From assembly GCA_041181005.1 (NCBI GenBank), contig JBEGQL010000032.1:13082-77081 (forward strand): a stretch of 64,000 nt of DNA. Reading direction: 5' to 3'. Under the pieces are notes generated by a model that had not been told where the DNA came from, made no database searches, and saw only the letters and a list, made by a program, of their open reading frames with translations. This stretch comes from Actinomycetota bacterium. GTDB lineage: Bacteria; Actinomycetota; Acidimicrobiia; Acidimicrobiales; Ilumatobacteraceae. Each line of letters opens with the position of its first letter. Position 1 is the first letter of the stretch. Shown here in pieces: positions 55,629-64,000 of the stretch. A program made the translations under genes and the position numbers.

Positions 55629-56657
55629 ATGGCCGTCTCTAGGGTGCTGCTCGCCTCACCGAGAGGTTTCTGCGCCGGGGTGGAGATGGCGATAAAGGCT
55701 CTCGCGTGGATGGTGCGCACCCATGACGGGCCCGTGTACTGCTACCACGAGATAGTCCACAACAAGGTCGTGGTGGACCGTTTCCGGGAACAGGGTGTCG
55801 TGTTCGTCGACGACATTGGCGATGTGCCTCAGGGCAGCCCGATCATGCTGAGCGCGCACGGATCGGCGCCCGAGGTCGTGGATGCGGCGCGTGTCCGCGG
55901 CAGTTACGTGGTGGATGCGGTGTGCCCGCTCGTGACGAAGGTGCACCATGAGGTCAAGACACGTGCCGGGAAGGGCTACCACATCGTGTACGTGGGTCAC
56001 GATGGACACGAAGAGGCAGTGGGAACCATGGCAGTTGCGCCGCAGTCCACCACGCGGGTGGAGACGGTCGACGACGTGGAGAGCCTCCCCCGTTTCTCCG
56101 TGCCGGTCGCGATGCTCGCGCAGACGACGCTTTCGCACCGGGAGTGGCACGAGGTGGCGGTCGCGGTGCGCAACAAGTTCCCCGACGTGTGGACTCCCGG
56201 CCGGAGCGACCTGTGCTTTGCCACCACCAACCGGCAGTCCGCACTCATGCACATCGCACCCCGTGTGGACGCCTTCGTCGTCATCGGATCGGCGAACAGT
56301 TCCAACACACGGGCCCTGGAGCGGCTCGCCGTCGAGGCCGGATGCGCGAGGGTCCTGAGGGTGAACGACGCAGATGAACTGCCGACGGACCTGCACGGCA
56401 CCGTGGGCGTCACTGCGGGTGCATCCGCACCGGACGAGCTCGTGGAGCGGGTGCTCGCGCAGCTGGCGCCCGTGAACGGCGTGGAGGAGGTCTCAGTGAC
56501 TGATGAGGACGAATACTTCCCTCCGCCGAGGAACATCCGGGAGCTGCAGTCCGCCGTAGGGGGCGCAATCGGCGCCCTGGCCGGCGCAGGAACCGGTGCA
56601 GCAACGACAGTGGACGACCGTGCACTTGCGGCAAGCACAGTGCTCAAGGCACTCTGA
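55629..56657 (+). CDS. ispH: 4-hydroxy-3-methylbut-2-enyl diphosphate reductase
   Basis: LASPRGFCAGVEMAI, HEIVHN, SAHG, conserved Cys residues. Confidence 0.93.
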   Translation: MAVSRVLLASPRGFCAGVEMAIKALAWMVRTHDGPVYCYHEIVHNKVVVDRFREQGVVFVDDIGDVPQGSPIMLSAHGSAPEVVDAARVRGSYVVDAVCPLVTKVHHEVKTRAGKGYHIVYVGHDGHEEAVGTMAVAPQSTTRVETVDDVESLPRFSVPVAMLAQTTLSHREWHEVAVAVRNKFPDVWTPGRSDLCFATTNRQSALMHIAPRVDAFVVIGSANSSNTRALERLAVEAGCARVLRVNDADELPTDLHGTVGVTAGASAPDELVERVLAQLAPVNGVEEVSVTDEDEYFPPPRNIRELQSAVGGAIGALAGAGTGAATTVDDRALAASTVLKAL

Positions 56658-56661
56658 CGGC

Positions 56662-57069
56662 ATGCTCAGACCATCCGTCGAGACCCTCCGCCTGTTCCTT
56701 CATTTGCTCGGGGCCTCGGTCTGGGTGGGAGGCCAGTTGGTGCTCGCCGGCCTCGTCCCCCGTGTGCGCCGGGAGCATTCCGACGCCCTCGGCACCGTTG
56801 CACGCGGTTTCGCAAGGGTTGCTTGGCCGGCTCTCGCGGTCACAGTTGTCACAGGAACATGGAATGTGGCGGCTGTCTCGCCGTCGGAGCAGGGAACCTC
56901 CTACACCATCACGCTTTTCGTGAAACTTCTTGCGGTCGGCATTGCAGCGGGCGCGAGCATCCTCCACTCGGCCGGGCGCAGCAAGGCCGCACTCGCCATC
57001 GGAGGCGCGCTCGGGCTTCTGGCGTCGCTGGTTGCCCTGTGGCTCGGCGTGGCACTTGCCGCGTCCTGA
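56662..57069 (+). CDS. hypothetical integral membrane protein (four predicted TM segments)
   Basis: ATG 56662; hydrophobic segments LFLHLLGASVWVGGQLVLAGLV etc.; no catalytic motif. Confidence 0.6.
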   Translation: MLRPSVETLRLFLHLLGASVWVGGQLVLAGLVPRVRREHSDALGTVARGFARVAWPALAVTVVTGTWNVAAVSPSEQGTSYTITLFVKLLAVGIAAGASILHSAGRSKAALAIGGALGLLASLVALWLGVALAAS

Positions 57070-57072
57070 ACA

Positions 57073-57124
57073 CGCGCTAGTTGCGCGGCACTGTGCCTCC
57101 GGTACCGCGCTAGTTGCGCGGCAC
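57073..57124. terminator. duplicated 19-bp hairpin-forming element between convergent genes (candidate bidirectional terminator)
   Basis: CGCGCTAGTTGCGCGGCAC occurs at 57073-57091 and 57106-57124; each copy folds as CGCGC-loop-GCGCG; second copy contains the fadE stop codon. Confidence 0.35.
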
Positions 57125-58309
57125 CTTGCTCCACGAGATGTCGCGGTCGGTGCGTACGTCGCCGGGCAGGCCGAGGACGCGTTCGCCGAGGATGTTCTTC
57201 ATCACCTCTGAGGTGCCGCCCTCGATCGAGTTCGCGCGCGAGCGCAGGAACGCCTTCTGCAGCGAGTCGTAGCCCATCGCGGTCTCCGGCCGCAGCATCT
57301 CGTAACTGCCGTACAGCATCGCGTCGGCACCCATCATGTTCATGGTGAAGGAGTAGATGTCCTTGTTCAGGTCGGCACTGGCCATCTTGCCGATGGAGCC
57401 CTCCGGTCCGGGTGACCCCATCTTTCGCTGCTGGTTCGCGCGGATGTTCGTGAGACGGAGGAGTTCCGCACGGATCCACAGCTTCATCAACTCGTCACGC
57501 GTGGCGGGGTCGCGGCTCACCGGCGGCAGTTCCGACCACACCTTCATCGCGTGGGAGATGGTGCCGGTGCCCCGCGCCGGGATGGTGCCCCCGATCGACA
57601 CGCGCTCGTTCATGAGTGTCGTGAGTGACACCCTCCAGCCGTCGCCCGGGTTGCCGAGCATCTCCCGCGCGGGGATGCGCGTGTCAGTGAAGTACACCTC
57701 GTTGAACTCAGCCTCACCCGTCATCTGGCGCAACGGACGCACCTCCACGGTCGGGTCGAGCATGTCCACCACGAAGGCGGTCAGGCCCTGGTGCTTCACC
57801 TGCTCGGGGTCGGTGCGCACGACGAGCAGTCCCCACTTCGCGCGGTGCGCGAGGGTGGTCCACACTTTCTGGCCGTTCACGACCCACTCGTCGCCGTCTT
57901 TCACACCCTTGCTGGACAGCCCCGCGAAGTCCGAACCGGAGCCCGGCTCCGAGAACAACTGGCACCACACCTCCTCGCCGGTGAACAACGGCCGGAGGTA
58001 GCGCTTCTTCTGCTCGTCACTTCCCCACTCCACGACGGTTGGACCGCACATGCCGTGGCCGATCGGGTTTCGAGGCATCGAGAAGGGTGCGCCCGCGGAA
58101 CTCAGCTTCTCGTTCACCACACGCTGGTGCTTCGGGTTCGCACCCAGCCCACCGTGCCCCACGGGAAAGTGCACCCACGCGAGGCCCATGTCGAACTGCG
58201 CGCCGAGGAACTCGGTGACCGAGCACTTCTTCGGCGGGAACTTGGCCAGCAGTTCGTCCGTCAGGGCGGCGATCGTGGTTTCGTCCGCTGCGGTTGCAAC
58301 CGTCGTCAT
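57110..58309 (-). CDS. fadE: acyl-CoA dehydrogenase
   Basis: FSEPGSGSD, C-terminal SIEGGTSEVMKNILGERVLGLP typical of ACADs. Confidence 0.9.
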   Translation of the reverse strand: MTTVATAADETTIAALTDELLAKFPPKKCSVTEFLGAQFDMGLAWVHFPVGHGGLGANPKHQRVVNEKLSSAGAPFSMPRNPIGHGMCGPTVVEWGSDEQKKRYLRPLFTGEEVWCQLFSEPGSGSDFAGLSSKGVKDGDEWVVNGQKVWTTLAHRAKWGLLVVRTDPEQVKHQGLTAFVVDMLDPTVEVRPLRQMTGEAEFNEVYFTDTRIPAREMLGNPGDGWRVSLTTLMNERVSIGGTIPARGTGTISHAMKVWSELPPVSRDPATRDELMKLWIRAELLRLTNIRANQQRKMGSPGPEGSIGKMASADLNKDIYSFTMNMMGADAMLYGSYEMLRPETAMGYDSLQKAFLRSRANSIEGGTSEVMKNILGERVLGLPGDVRTDRDISWSKVPRN

Positions 58310-58427
58310 GTCAGTCTCCCGGGTGTGATTGCGCGATGTGGCAGGACTCTATGCCAGCGCCGCTCCACCCCGGAGAGCCCAGCCGTCGGCTCGGCTGTGA
58401 CTCCCGTCATTCGGTTAGCGTTCTGGC

Positions 58428-59984
58428 ATGTACCCAGGCGTCTACGCAGAATCAGCCCCCGACCGTCCCGCCACCATCCAGGCCTCCACGGGGAAGGTGA
58501 CGACCTACGGCGAACTCCACCGGGCCGCCGTGAGGCTCGCCAACGTCCTGAGGGAATCAGGAATCCAGCCCGGGGACCACGTGGCGCTCTGCATGGAGAA
58601 CCACGAGCGCTACCTCGAGGTGATCTGGGGCTGCCACTACGCCGGCACCGTCTATACAGCATGCTCGAGCAGACTCACGAAAGCCGAGCTTGCCTACATC
58701 ATCAATGACTGTGCGGCGAAGGCCTTCATCACGTCCAGGTACAAGGCGGACCAGGCTCTCGAGATAGCCGGAGAGATACCGCACGTGTCGCTCAGGCTGA
58801 TGCTCGACGGGACGGTCCCCGGTTATGACTCGTTCGAGACAACCGTGGATGCCGCGAGCGAGGAGCCGCTCACGGACCCGGTCGACGGAATCGACATGTT
58901 GTACTCGAGCGGAACCACGGGGATGCCCAAGGGAGTGGCGAAGCCGTTCCCAGGGACACCGCTCGGCACCGCCGCCGGGCTCGGCTCTCCCCTCACCCAG
59001 GGTCTCTACAAGTACCGCGAGGAGATGGTGTACCTGTCGCCCGCGCCCCTGTACCACGCCGCGCCGCTGCGCTTCAACATGTCCGTCCACTCACACGGCG
59101 GCACAACAGTCATCATGGAGCACTTCGACCCCGAGGAGTATCTGCGACTCGTCGAACGTCACCAGGTGACCCACAGCCAACTCGTGCCCACGATGTTCAT
59201 CAGGATGCTGAAGCTGGACGACGAAGTGAGGCTGAAGTACGACGTGTCGAGTCTCGAGGTCGTGATTCATGCCGCCGCCCCGTGTCCGGTCGCCACGAAG
59301 AAGGCGATGATCGAGTGGTGGGGGCCGATCATCCACGAGTACTACGCCGGCACCGAGGGGAACGGCTTCGTGTACTGCAACTCTGACATGTGGCTCGCAC
59401 ATCCGGGCACGGTCGGCACACCGATTGTCGGCAAGGTGCACATTTGCGACGACGAGGGCAACGAGGTCCCCCAGGGTGAGTCGGGAACGATCTTCTTCGA
59501 GGGAGGAGGCGTGTTCGAGTACCACAACGACCCGGAGAAGACGAGGAACTCACGCGACACGCGCGGCAGGGGCTGGAGCACCCTCGGCGATGTGGGCTAC
59601 CTCGATGCCGACAACTTCCTCTACCTCACCGACCGCAAGGCGTTCATGATCATCTCGGGCGGGGTCAACATCTACCCCCAGGAGTCCGAGAACATCCTCG
59701 TCAACCATCCGAAGGTGGTGGATGTCGCCGTGTTCGGCATCCCGAACGAGGACTTCGGTGAGGAGGTCAAGGCCGTCGTGCAACCAAAGACCATGCCCAC
59801 CACAGAGGCGGACGCGAAAGCGCTGGAGAAGGAGCTCATCGCGTACTGCCGCTCCCAGCTCGCCGACGTGAAGTGCCCGCGTTCCGTTGATTTCCGACCC
59901 GAGCTGCCTCGCCACCCCACCGGCAAGCTCTACAAGCGCCTGCTGAAGGACGAGTACTGGGCGGCTGCCGGCCGATCCATCTGA
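58428..59984 (+). CDS. fadD: AMP-dependent acyl-CoA synthetase/ligase
   Basis: AMP-binding motif MLYSSGTTGMPKGV, YAGTEG, GDVGYLDADNFLYLTDRK. Confidence 0.88.
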   Translation: MYPGVYAESAPDRPATIQASTGKVTTYGELHRAAVRLANVLRESGIQPGDHVALCMENHERYLEVIWGCHYAGTVYTACSSRLTKAELAYIINDCAAKAFITSRYKADQALEIAGEIPHVSLRLMLDGTVPGYDSFETTVDAASEEPLTDPVDGIDMLYSSGTTGMPKGVAKPFPGTPLGTAAGLGSPLTQGLYKYREEMVYLSPAPLYHAAPLRFNMSVHSHGGTTVIMEHFDPEEYLRLVERHQVTHSQLVPTMFIRMLKLDDEVRLKYDVSSLEVVIHAAAPCPVATKKAMIEWWGPIIHEYYAGTEGNGFVYCNSDMWLAHPGTVGTPIVGKVHICDDEGNEVPQGESGTIFFEGGGVFEYHNDPEKTRNSRDTRGRGWSTLGDVGYLDADNFLYLTDRKAFMIISGGVNIYPQESENILVNHPKVVDVAVFGIPNEDFGEEVKAVVQPKTMPTTEADAKALEKELIAYCRSQLADVKCPRSVDFRPELPRHPTGKLYKRLLKDEYWAAAGRSI

Positions 59985-60745
59985 TGACGTCTCGCCACCC
60001 GTTCCTCGGGCACGGGGAGCCCCTGGCGTTCGCGCACCGTGGCGGCACGTCCGCGGCGCCCGAGAACACCATGGCCGCCTTCCAGGACGCCGTGAACCTC
60101 GGTTACTCACATGTCGAGACGGATGTGCACGTCACCTCCGACGGGGTTCTCGTTGCCTTCCACGACGACGACCTGTTGCGGACCTGCCGCGTGAGCGGGT
60201 CGATCGAGGACATGTCGTGGGACGAACTGAGTGGACTGCGCGTGGAGGGTCGCGAACCTATCCCCAGGCTCGAGGAGGTCATGTCGGCGTGGCCGGATCT
60301 GTGTGTCAACCTCGACTGCAAGACATCTGCCGCAGAGGAGCCCCTGCTGCGTTACCTTGCCACTCACGACGTCCTCCACCGTGTGTGCGTGGGTTCGTTC
60401 AGCGACACGCGGCTCACGACCTTCAGGGAACGCCTCGGTCCCGATCTGTGCACGTCCACCGGGCCGCGGGAGGTCGCACGCCTGGTGTTCGCGGTGGGCA
60501 GGAGTGCGAGAGCGCGCTCGACTCCCGCCCTCGCTGCGCAGGTGCCGGTGAGGCAGGGGCCCTTCCCCGTGGTCACCTCGCGGTTCATCCGCACCTGTCA
60601 CGATGCCGGCCTTGCTGTGCACGTGTGGACCGTGAACGACGCGGTCGCCATGAACGCGCTGCTCGACCAAGGGGTGGACGGGATCATGTCGGACGAGACA
60701 CGGATCCTGCGTGAGGTGATGCTGACAAGGAGTCTCGCGCAGTGA
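59984..60745 (+). CDS. glycerophosphodiester phosphodiesterase family protein (second paralog in window)
   Basis: LAFAHRGGTSAAPENTMAAF, HVETDVHVTSDGVLVAFHDDDL; TGATG overlap with fadD. Confidence 0.8.
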   Translation: MTSRHPFLGHGEPLAFAHRGGTSAAPENTMAAFQDAVNLGYSHVETDVHVTSDGVLVAFHDDDLLRTCRVSGSIEDMSWDELSGLRVEGREPIPRLEEVMSAWPDLCVNLDCKTSAAEEPLLRYLATHDVLHRVCVGSFSDTRLTTFRERLGPDLCTSTGPREVARLVFAVGRSARARSTPALAAQVPVRQGPFPVVTSRFIRTCHDAGLAVHVWTVNDAVAMNALLDQGVDGIMSDETRILREVMLTRSLAQ

Positions 60746-61479
60746 CGGACCCACTCCTCGTCTTCGATCGACTTGGCGTCACGTTCGCCGACGGCACCGA
60801 GACCCTGCGCGGAATAGACCTCTCCGTCACACAGGGCGAGTTTGTTGCTGTCGTCGGGCCGAGTGGGTGCGGGAAGTCGACCCTCCTTCGGGTCGCCTCC
60901 GGTCTTCAGCATGCGACAGACGGCAACGTGTCGGCGCCCCGGGACTCCACGGGTTACGTGTTCCAGGACCCGACCCTGCTCCCCTGGCGCACCGTGAGAG
61001 CCAACGTCCGGCTCTTCGCGGAGCTCCACGGGATGGAGACCGCCGAATGCGACGCGAGGGTTGATGCCGCTCTCGCCACCGTCGGGCTCTCCGAGTGGGC
61101 GCACCATTACCCGCGCCAGTTGTCAGGCGGCATGCGCATGCGCGCTTCCCTCGCGCGGTCGCTCGTGCTGCGGCCCTCCTTGTTCATGTTCGACGAACCG
61201 TTCGGTGCCGTGGACGAGATGACACGCGAGCGGCTCAACGACGAACTGCAGGCTCTCTTCGCCGAACAGGGTTTTGCAGGGCTGTTCGTGACCCATTCCG
61301 TGTCCGAGGCGGTGTTCCTCGCCACGCGAGTGATCGTCATGTCCGCCCGTCCCGGACGGATCGTGGCCGACATCCCGGTCTCCTTCCCCCATCCGCGCGG
61401 CCATGACCTCCGTTACACGCCCGAGTTCGCCTCTGTCGCGGCAGAAGTCTCCTCGGCCCTCCGTCAGGGCGCACCATGA
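60742..61479 (+). CDS. ABC transporter ATP-binding protein (NitT/TauT-type)
   Basis: Walker A GPSGCGKST, signature LSGGMRMR, Walker B LFMFDEP; GTGA overlap with GDPD gene. Confidence 0.9.
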   Translation: MTDPLLVFDRLGVTFADGTETLRGIDLSVTQGEFVAVVGPSGCGKSTLLRVASGLQHATDGNVSAPRDSTGYVFQDPTLLPWRTVRANVRLFAELHGMETAECDARVDAALATVGLSEWAHHYPRQLSGGMRMRASLARSLVLRPSLFMFDEPFGAVDEMTRERLNDELQALFAEQGFAGLFVTHSVSEAVFLATRVIVMSARPGRIVADIPVSFPHPRGHDLRYTPEFASVAAEVSSALRQGAP

Positions 61480-62321
61480 GCGGCACCGTGAACCGACGGA
61501 CCGACCGTCGCCCTGGCAGCGCCCGAATGACAGACATTGCCGGACCCGTGGTCGTGTTCGTCATGTTCATCGGTCTGTGGTACCTGGTGTCGGAGGTTCT
61601 CCTTCCGTCCCACAAGCGCTTCCTTCTGCCTGCTCCCCACACCGTCGTCCGCGAGGGCTTCCTGGTCTGGCGCCAGGGTGACCGCCGCGGACTGCAACCG
61701 ATCCTCGTGTCGCTGTGGGACTCCTCGAAGGTGGCGCTCACCGGGCTCTGCATCACCATCGTGTTCGGCATCCTGCTGGCGCTGTTGATGAGCACCCGAC
61801 GATGGATAGAGAAGGCGACGTGGCCATACCTTGTGGCGGTGCAGTCCGCGCCGGTCCTCGCGCTGACACCCCTGATCAGGGCTCTCATCGACGGGTCCAC
61901 CACGCAGCGAGTGCTCGTGGTTGTGCTCATCTCCGTCTTCCCGGTCGTGAGCAACACCCTGTTCGGTCTCCTCTCCGCGGACAGGGGACAGCACGACCTG
62001 TTCACCCTCCACGGGGCGAAGAGACTCACCAGGCTCCTGAAGCTCCAGCTGCCCTCGGCCCTGCCGAGCATCTTCGTGGGCCTGCGCTCGGCAGCAGGTC
62101 TTTCTGTCATCGGGGCGGTGGTGGGTGACTTCTACTTCCGGGGTGCAGGCGTGGTCGGCATCGGGGCACAGATCGACGTCTACCGGCAACGACTGTGGGG
62201 CAGCGAACTCATCGCGTCGATCATCCTGGCGAGTGCCCTCGGACTCACCGTCTTCCTCGTGTTCGGGTGGCTGTCGCGTAAAGTCATCGGAAGATGGCAC
62301 GAACCGGAACGCGGGCAGTGA
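61476..62321 (+). CDS. ABC transporter permease (NitT/TauT-type)
   Basis: Six hydrophobic segments, EAA-like loop; ATGA overlap with ATPase gene. Confidence 0.85.
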   Translation: MSGTVNRRTDRRPGSARMTDIAGPVVVFVMFIGLWYLVSEVLLPSHKRFLLPAPHTVVREGFLVWRQGDRRGLQPILVSLWDSSKVALTGLCITIVFGILLALLMSTRRWIEKATWPYLVAVQSAPVLALTPLIRALIDGSTTQRVLVVVLISVFPVVSNTLFGLLSADRGQHDLFTLHGAKRLTRLLKLQLPSALPSIFVGLRSAAGLSVIGAVVGDFYFRGAGVVGIGAQIDVYRQRLWGSELIASIILASALGLTVFLVFGWLSRKVIGRWHEPERGQ

Positions 62322-62337
62322 CTCTCCCCTGAACAGC

Positions 62338-63516
62338 ATGGAGCACACGATGAAGCACTCGAGAACCACGGCGACACTCGTTCTGGCGTCCACCCTCGCT
62401 CTCTCGGCGTGTGGCGGCGGCTCGACACCCGACACGACCTCGCCGGCCCCGGAGACCACTCCCGGGATAGGCACCGACCTACGGGGGGTGTGTCCCGACA
62501 ACGTCGTCATCCAGACCGACTGGCATCCGGAGGCCGAGCACGGGTTCGTGTACAACCTGGTCGGCCCCGGCTACAAGGTGGACACTGACAAGGTGGCCGT
62601 GACCGGCGACCTGTACTCCGCAGGCAAGCCGACCGGGGTCTCCGTCGAGATCCGTGCGGGCGGACCGGCCATCGGGTACTCGGCTGTCACCGCAGAGATG
62701 TACTCCAAGCCGGAGATCATGATGGGCTTCGTCAACACCGACGCCGCCATCAGCTTTTCGGGTGACAAGCCGACCAAGGCCGTGTTCGCTCCGTTCACCA
62801 AGAATCCACAGATCATCATGTGGGATCCGGCCACCTACCCGGACGTCACGGCCATAGCAGACCTGAAGGACAAGGGCGTCAAGGTGCGTTACTTCAACGG
62901 CGTGTCCTTCATGGAGTACCTGATCCAGTCAGGCATCCTGGATGCCTCCCAGACCGACGGAACATATGACGGCACACCCGCATCCTTCCTTGCCTCGGGC
63001 GGCAAGGACGCACAGCAAGGGTTCGGCACGTCGGAGCCGTTCTTCTACGAGAAGAAACTCAAGGACTGGCTCAAGCCGGTGGCGTACCAGTACATCCACG
63101 ACACAGGGTGGCAGCCGTACGCCCAGTCGCTCGCTCTCACGCCCGAGAGCCTCGCGAAGAACACCGACTGCCTGAAGAAGCTCGTCCCCGTCCTGCAGAC
63201 GTCGCTCAAGGACTACGTCATGTCGCCCTCACGGGCGAACGAGATCATCGTGGACGCCGTTCTCCAGTACAACAACGCATGGGTCTACGACATCGACCAG
63301 GCGAACGCCTCCGTGGAGAAGCAGATCGCGGACGGAATCGTCACCGACGGAACCGACGGGACGCTCGGCTCATTCGATACCGACCGCATCACCCAGTTCA
63401 TCGCGACGGCCACCCCGGTCTACGAGAAGGGGGGCTCGAAGCCGAAGGCCGGTCTCGTCGCCCAGGACCTCGTCACGAACGAGTTCCTCGACCCCTCCAT
63501 CACCCTCGGGGACTGA
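62338..63516 (+). CDS. ABC transporter substrate-binding lipoprotein (NMT1/SsuA-like)
   Basis: Signal peptide with lipobox LALSAC; ATG 62338 or 62350; ORF-track start 62125 overlaps the permease gene. Confidence 0.8.
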   Translation: MEHTMKHSRTTATLVLASTLALSACGGGSTPDTTSPAPETTPGIGTDLRGVCPDNVVIQTDWHPEAEHGFVYNLVGPGYKVDTDKVAVTGDLYSAGKPTGVSVEIRAGGPAIGYSAVTAEMYSKPEIMMGFVNTDAAISFSGDKPTKAVFAPFTKNPQIIMWDPATYPDVTAIADLKDKGVKVRYFNGVSFMEYLIQSGILDASQTDGTYDGTPASFLASGGKDAQQGFGTSEPFFYEKKLKDWLKPVAYQYIHDTGWQPYAQSLALTPESLAKNTDCLKKLVPVLQTSLKDYVMSPSRANEIIVDAVLQYNNAWVYDIDQANASVEKQIADGIVTDGTDGTLGSFDTDRITQFIATATPVYEKGGSKPKAGLVAQDLVTNEFLDPSITLGD

Positions 63517-63522
63517 GCACAG

Positions 63523-63537
63523 CCTCGGGGACCGAGG
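63523..63537. terminator. short GC hairpin between convergent genes
   Basis: CCTCGG-GGA-CCGAGG read directly; no U tract. Confidence 0.3.
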
Positions 63538-63556
63538 GCGGGCCGGGCAACCTGTA

Positions 63557-64000
63557 TCAGGCGTCGCGGACCATGTTTGCGCGCTGGACGACGGGTTCCT
63601 TGTCGCTCCAGGGGAAGTTGATCCAGAGGTCGGTCTTCTTCCACGCGTAGTCGCACTTCACCACGGAGCGGGGCTTCTCGTACAGCACGGCTGTCCGCAC
63701 CTCCTTCACACGACCCTTGAAGAACTCCTCCACGATCTTGAGCGTGTGCCCCGTGTCGGCCACATCGTCGACCACGAGAACCCGCGCAAAACGCAGTTCC
63801 ACGAGGTCGGGCACCGGGGGCAGGATCATCGGGACGGGCAGGCGTTCCTCGACGCCGGTGTAGAACTCCACGTTCATCGTGTAGAGGTTCTTCACGGCCA
63901 GCGCGTACCCGAGTGCCCCGGCGGCGAGAAGACCGCCACGGGCGATTGCAAGAATGATGTCGGGGTCGTATCCCGAGTCAGCCACCATCGATGCGAGCTC
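63557..64000 (-). CDS. phosphoribosyltransferase family protein (purine PRT-like), 5' end beyond window
   Basis: PRPP-binding VLVVDDVADTGHT; reading frame stays open to nt 64000 (ELASMVADSGY...), so the N-terminus is probably truncated by the window edge. Confidence 0.8.
   Translation of the reverse strand, partial: ELASMVADSGYDPDIILAIARGGLLAAGALGYALAVKNLYTMNVEFYTGVEERLPVPMILPPVPDLVELRFARVLVVDDVADTGHTLKIVEEFFKGRVKEVRTAVLYEKPRSVVKCDYAWKKTDLWINFPWSDKEPVVQRANMVRDA

Noticed and set aside
58339-58356. Inverted repeat TGGCA-N8-TGCCA in the fadE/fadD divergent region as a FadR-type operator
   Set aside because: The arms are only 5 bp and do not extend. This is too weak to call without binding data.

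Overview
This window is a high-GC actinobacterial chromosomal core segment. The presence of a Pup-proteasome locus places it in Actinomycetota; any finer lineage would be inference. It is extremely gene-dense, with about 70 CDS, one tRNA-Pro(GGG) and one tandem glycine riboswitch.

Gene content in order:
- mobA, rnd, a small acidic protein, typA.
- tkt-tal-LOG, then nagA.
- A membrane desaturase with a divergent TetR regulator and an operator-like palindrome between them.
- An ADP-forming acyl-CoA synthetase, a PBP4-type carboxypeptidase, a Lon-N domain protein and several small membrane proteins.
- trmI, a ferredoxin, and a complete co-directional Pup-proteasome operon arc-dop-pup-prcB-prcA-pafA.
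- lepB, a GDPD gene, tatB-tatC-helY.
- Assorted metabolic genes: MDR oxidoreductase, M20 hydrolase, a fused double ThyX-like protein, DUF4193, GNAT, crotonase.
- A roughly 490-aa unknown protein carrying a perfect in-frame 27-bp x4 tandem repeat.
- Gamma-CA, a prmA-like methyltransferase, whiB, ltaE.
- Glycine riboswitch-gcvP, then the conserved gcvH-FHA-MerR-BFN-MerR block with gcvT attached.
- pgsA, SDR, HIT, and an SRAP/YedK gene abutting tRNA-Pro.
- DUF512 radical-SAM protein and der; ispH.
- fadE, then fadD-GDPD-ABC importer, and a partial phosphoribosyltransferase at the 3' edge.

I see no transposase, integrase, phage, CRISPR, toxin-antitoxin or recognisable defence genes, and no compositional island. 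I therefore cannot support a claim of a novel multi-gene system; this reads as ordinary core genome.

The items most worth a second look are:
- the perfect coding tandem repeat and its unknown host protein;
- the tRNA-Pro CCA end overlapping the SRAP start codon;
- the recurrent palindromic stop-stop junctions (CTAG, TGATCA) at convergent gene pairs;
- the zinc-ribbon FHA protein in the GarA position;
- the fused ThyX-like protein with complementary motif loss;
- the tightly coupled fadD-GDPD-ABC operon.

All product calls rest on motif recognition by eye, not on database searches. Many start codons are inferred from GTG/TTG candidates and overlaps, and may be off by a few codons.
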